DNA of 41,822 bases from a virus. Taxonomy: Duplodnaviria > Caudoviricetes. Location: the IMG/VR virus record IMGVR_UViG_3300033406_000375, positions 1-41,822 of that record; one strand, written 5' to 3'. Under the pieces are notes generated by a model, which saw nothing but the letters and a program-made list of their open reading frames with translations, was not told where the DNA came from and ran no database searches. The translations under genes were made by a program, and so were the position numbers. This document shows, in pieces, positions 40,257-41,822 of the stretch. Each line of letters opens with the position of its first letter. The first letter of the stretch is position 1.

Positions 40257-41822
40257 ATGAAGCAGCAATATACACGACACGACCTAGAACCGGCCTATTT
40301 TTACCTGCGTAAGTCTCGGGAAGATCAAGAGGCCGAGGCTCGCGGCGAGGGTGAAACATTAGTCAAGCACAAAAAAGCCTTGTATAAGCTGGCTAAAGAC
40401 TACGGCGTTAATATAACAAAAGTATTCGAGGAAATAGTATCAGGTGAAAGTCTAATTCACAGGCCGGAAATGCTTGCACTGTTAAAGGAAGTTGAAGCAG
40501 GGCAATGCAAGTCTGTTTTCTGCATGGAGATTGACCGGCTAGGCCGTGGCGATATGGAAGATCAAGGCCTCATATTAAAGACCTTCAAAAATTCCAACAC
40601 TCTTATTGTCACGCCGCGAAAGATTTACAACCTAAACGACGAATTTGACGAAGAATACACCGAATTTGAAGCCTTTATGGCACGCAAAGAGTTAAAAATA
40701 ATAACCCGGCGTCTACAAGGCGGCAGAATACGATCAGTACAGGACGGCAATTATATAGGAACCAGACCGCCATACGGCTACGAGATTAAAAAAGAAGGAC
40801 AAACCAGGACGCTTATACCCCACCCCGAGCAAGCCGACGTGGTGAGGCTAATTTTTGAATTATATGCGAATGGTGATATGGGAGGCCATAAGATTGCTGC
40901 CGAATTAAACCGGCGCGGAGCAAAAACCTATACCGGCAAGCCGTGGGAATCCTCTACCGTCCTCTTTATCCTCAAAAATGAAGTTTATACCGGGAAGGTA
41001 CAGTGGAAAAAGAAAGAAAGTAAAAAGTCCAAGGACCCCGATAAAAAACGCGACACCAAAACGCGGCCGCGTGAAGAATGGATCAGCGTCCAGGGTAAAC
41101 ATGAGCCGCTTATCTCTCAGGAGCTATTTGACAAGGCGCAGGCCATTTTAAAAGGCAAATACCACGTACCCTATCAATTAGTTAACGGCATAACCAACCC
41201 GCTTGCAGGGCTGATTAAATGCGATATATGCGGTGCCAGCATGGTATACAGGCCATATTCTCACCAACAATATCCTCACCTAATCTGTTATAACAAACAC
41301 TGCCCCAACAAGAGCAGCCGCTTTGAGTATGTGGAGCAACGAGTAATAGATGGTCTGGAAGCGTGGGTTGAGGAATACCAGTCGCAATGGGACAGTCATA
41401 AGCCGGCCAGCAAAAAGGAAAACACGGTTAGCATTAACCAGAAGATATTGCAAAATCTAACCAAGGAATTAAAGGCCCTTAACCAGCAAGTAGATAGTTT
41501 GCATGATTTCCTCGAACGGAAAATATACACTGAGGAAGTTTATCTGGACAGATCGCAAAAACTGTCTGAGCGGATTGCTGAAACGGAAAAAGCAATTATT
41601 AACACAGAAGCCGCTCTCGCAATTGAGGCCAAAAGAGAAAAAGCTCAAAAGGATGTAATTCCGAAACTTAGAAAAGTTCTGTCTGCCTACCACAAGGCGA
41701 AGGACCCGGCAGCCAAAAATAAAATGTTAAAAACGATTATGGAGTTTGCCACTTACCGAAAAGAGATAGACCAAAAAGGCGACGATTTTGAGCTAATTAT
41801 TCACCCTCGACTAACCAAGTAA
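40257..41822 (+). CDS. Large serine recombinase (integrase)
   Basis: YLRKSR catalytic Ser, DRLGR, PYGY, Y.G recombinase domain, CDIC..C..C ribbon, coiled coil. Confidence 0.95.
   Translation: MKQQYTRHDLEPAYFYLRKSREDQEAEARGEGETLVKHKKALYKLAKDYGVNITKVFEEIVSGESLIHRPEMLALLKEVEAGQCKSVFCMEIDRLGRGDMEDQGLILKTFKNSNTLIVTPRKIYNLNDEFDEEYTEFEAFMARKELKIITRRLQGGRIRSVQDGNYIGTRPPYGYEIKKEGQTRTLIPHPEQADVVRLIFELYANGDMGGHKIAAELNRRGAKTYTGKPWESSTVLFILKNEVYTGKVQWKKKESKKSKDPDKKRDTKTRPREEWISVQGKHEPLISQELFDKAQAILKGKYHVPYQLVNGITNPLAGLIKCDICGASMVYRPYSHQQYPHLICYNKHCPNKSSRFEYVEQRVIDGLEAWVEEYQSQWDSHKPASKKENTVSINQKILQNLTKELKALNQQVDSLHDFLERKIYTEEVYLDRSQKLSERIAETEKAIINTEAALAIEAKREKAQKDVIPKLRKVLSAYHKAKDPAAKNKMLKTIMEFATYRKEIDQKGDDFELIIHPRLTK

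Larger units (their letters stand above)
1..41822. mobile_element. Temperate prophage with a podovirus-type (BPP-1/T7-like) virion module and a serine integrase
   Basis: Ordered integrase-immunity-replication-packaging-head-tail-lysis modules; no tape measure or tail tube gene; no host housekeeping genes. Confidence 0.95.

Noticed and set aside
1-41822. Genome-wide TAG reassignment
   Set aside because: TAG is the normal stop of many genes (e.g. at 528, 3577, 4815, 9863), often coupled to the next start, and long genes are uninterrupted
40192-41822. attL/attR sites
   Set aside because: The window ends at the integrase stop, and no terminal repeat pair was identified

Overview
The window is a near-complete ~42 kb temperate prophage, cut exactly at the stop codons of its first and last genes, so the att sites are not visible. 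Strong GGAGG ribosome-binding sites, an LQLFA motif and surface-adhesin-E/lipoprotein cargo point to a Bacillota host, possibly Negativicutes (inference). Reading right to left: large serine integrase; three accessory envelope/unknown genes; a CI/Cro switch with divergent promoters and 18-bp operators; an antirepressor; an HNH-AP2 endonuclease; recombination genes (putative annealase, exonuclease); a Dam-like methylase; a replication initiator and helicase loader; RusA; many small Cys-rich ORFs including Lar; a tRNA-Tyr; TerS and a two-gene (split) TerL; a BPP-1/T7-like podovirus virion module (portal, scaffold, capsid, cement, tubular A/B, ejection proteins, fibres); and a lysis module. Most notable: a split large terminase, a tandem DUF2829/Tad2-like anti-defence gene in the head module, a 1682-aa polyvalent ejection protein (NlpC/P60 + PBECR1-like + HExxH + LPD38-like), an odd lysis cassette (HNH-like protein and permuted papain-like enzyme), several accessory genes bracketed by 14-16 bp direct repeats, an antisense type I toxin-like peptide, and a gene broken by one in-frame TAG. 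All family calls come from motif recognition by eye, not from database searches.
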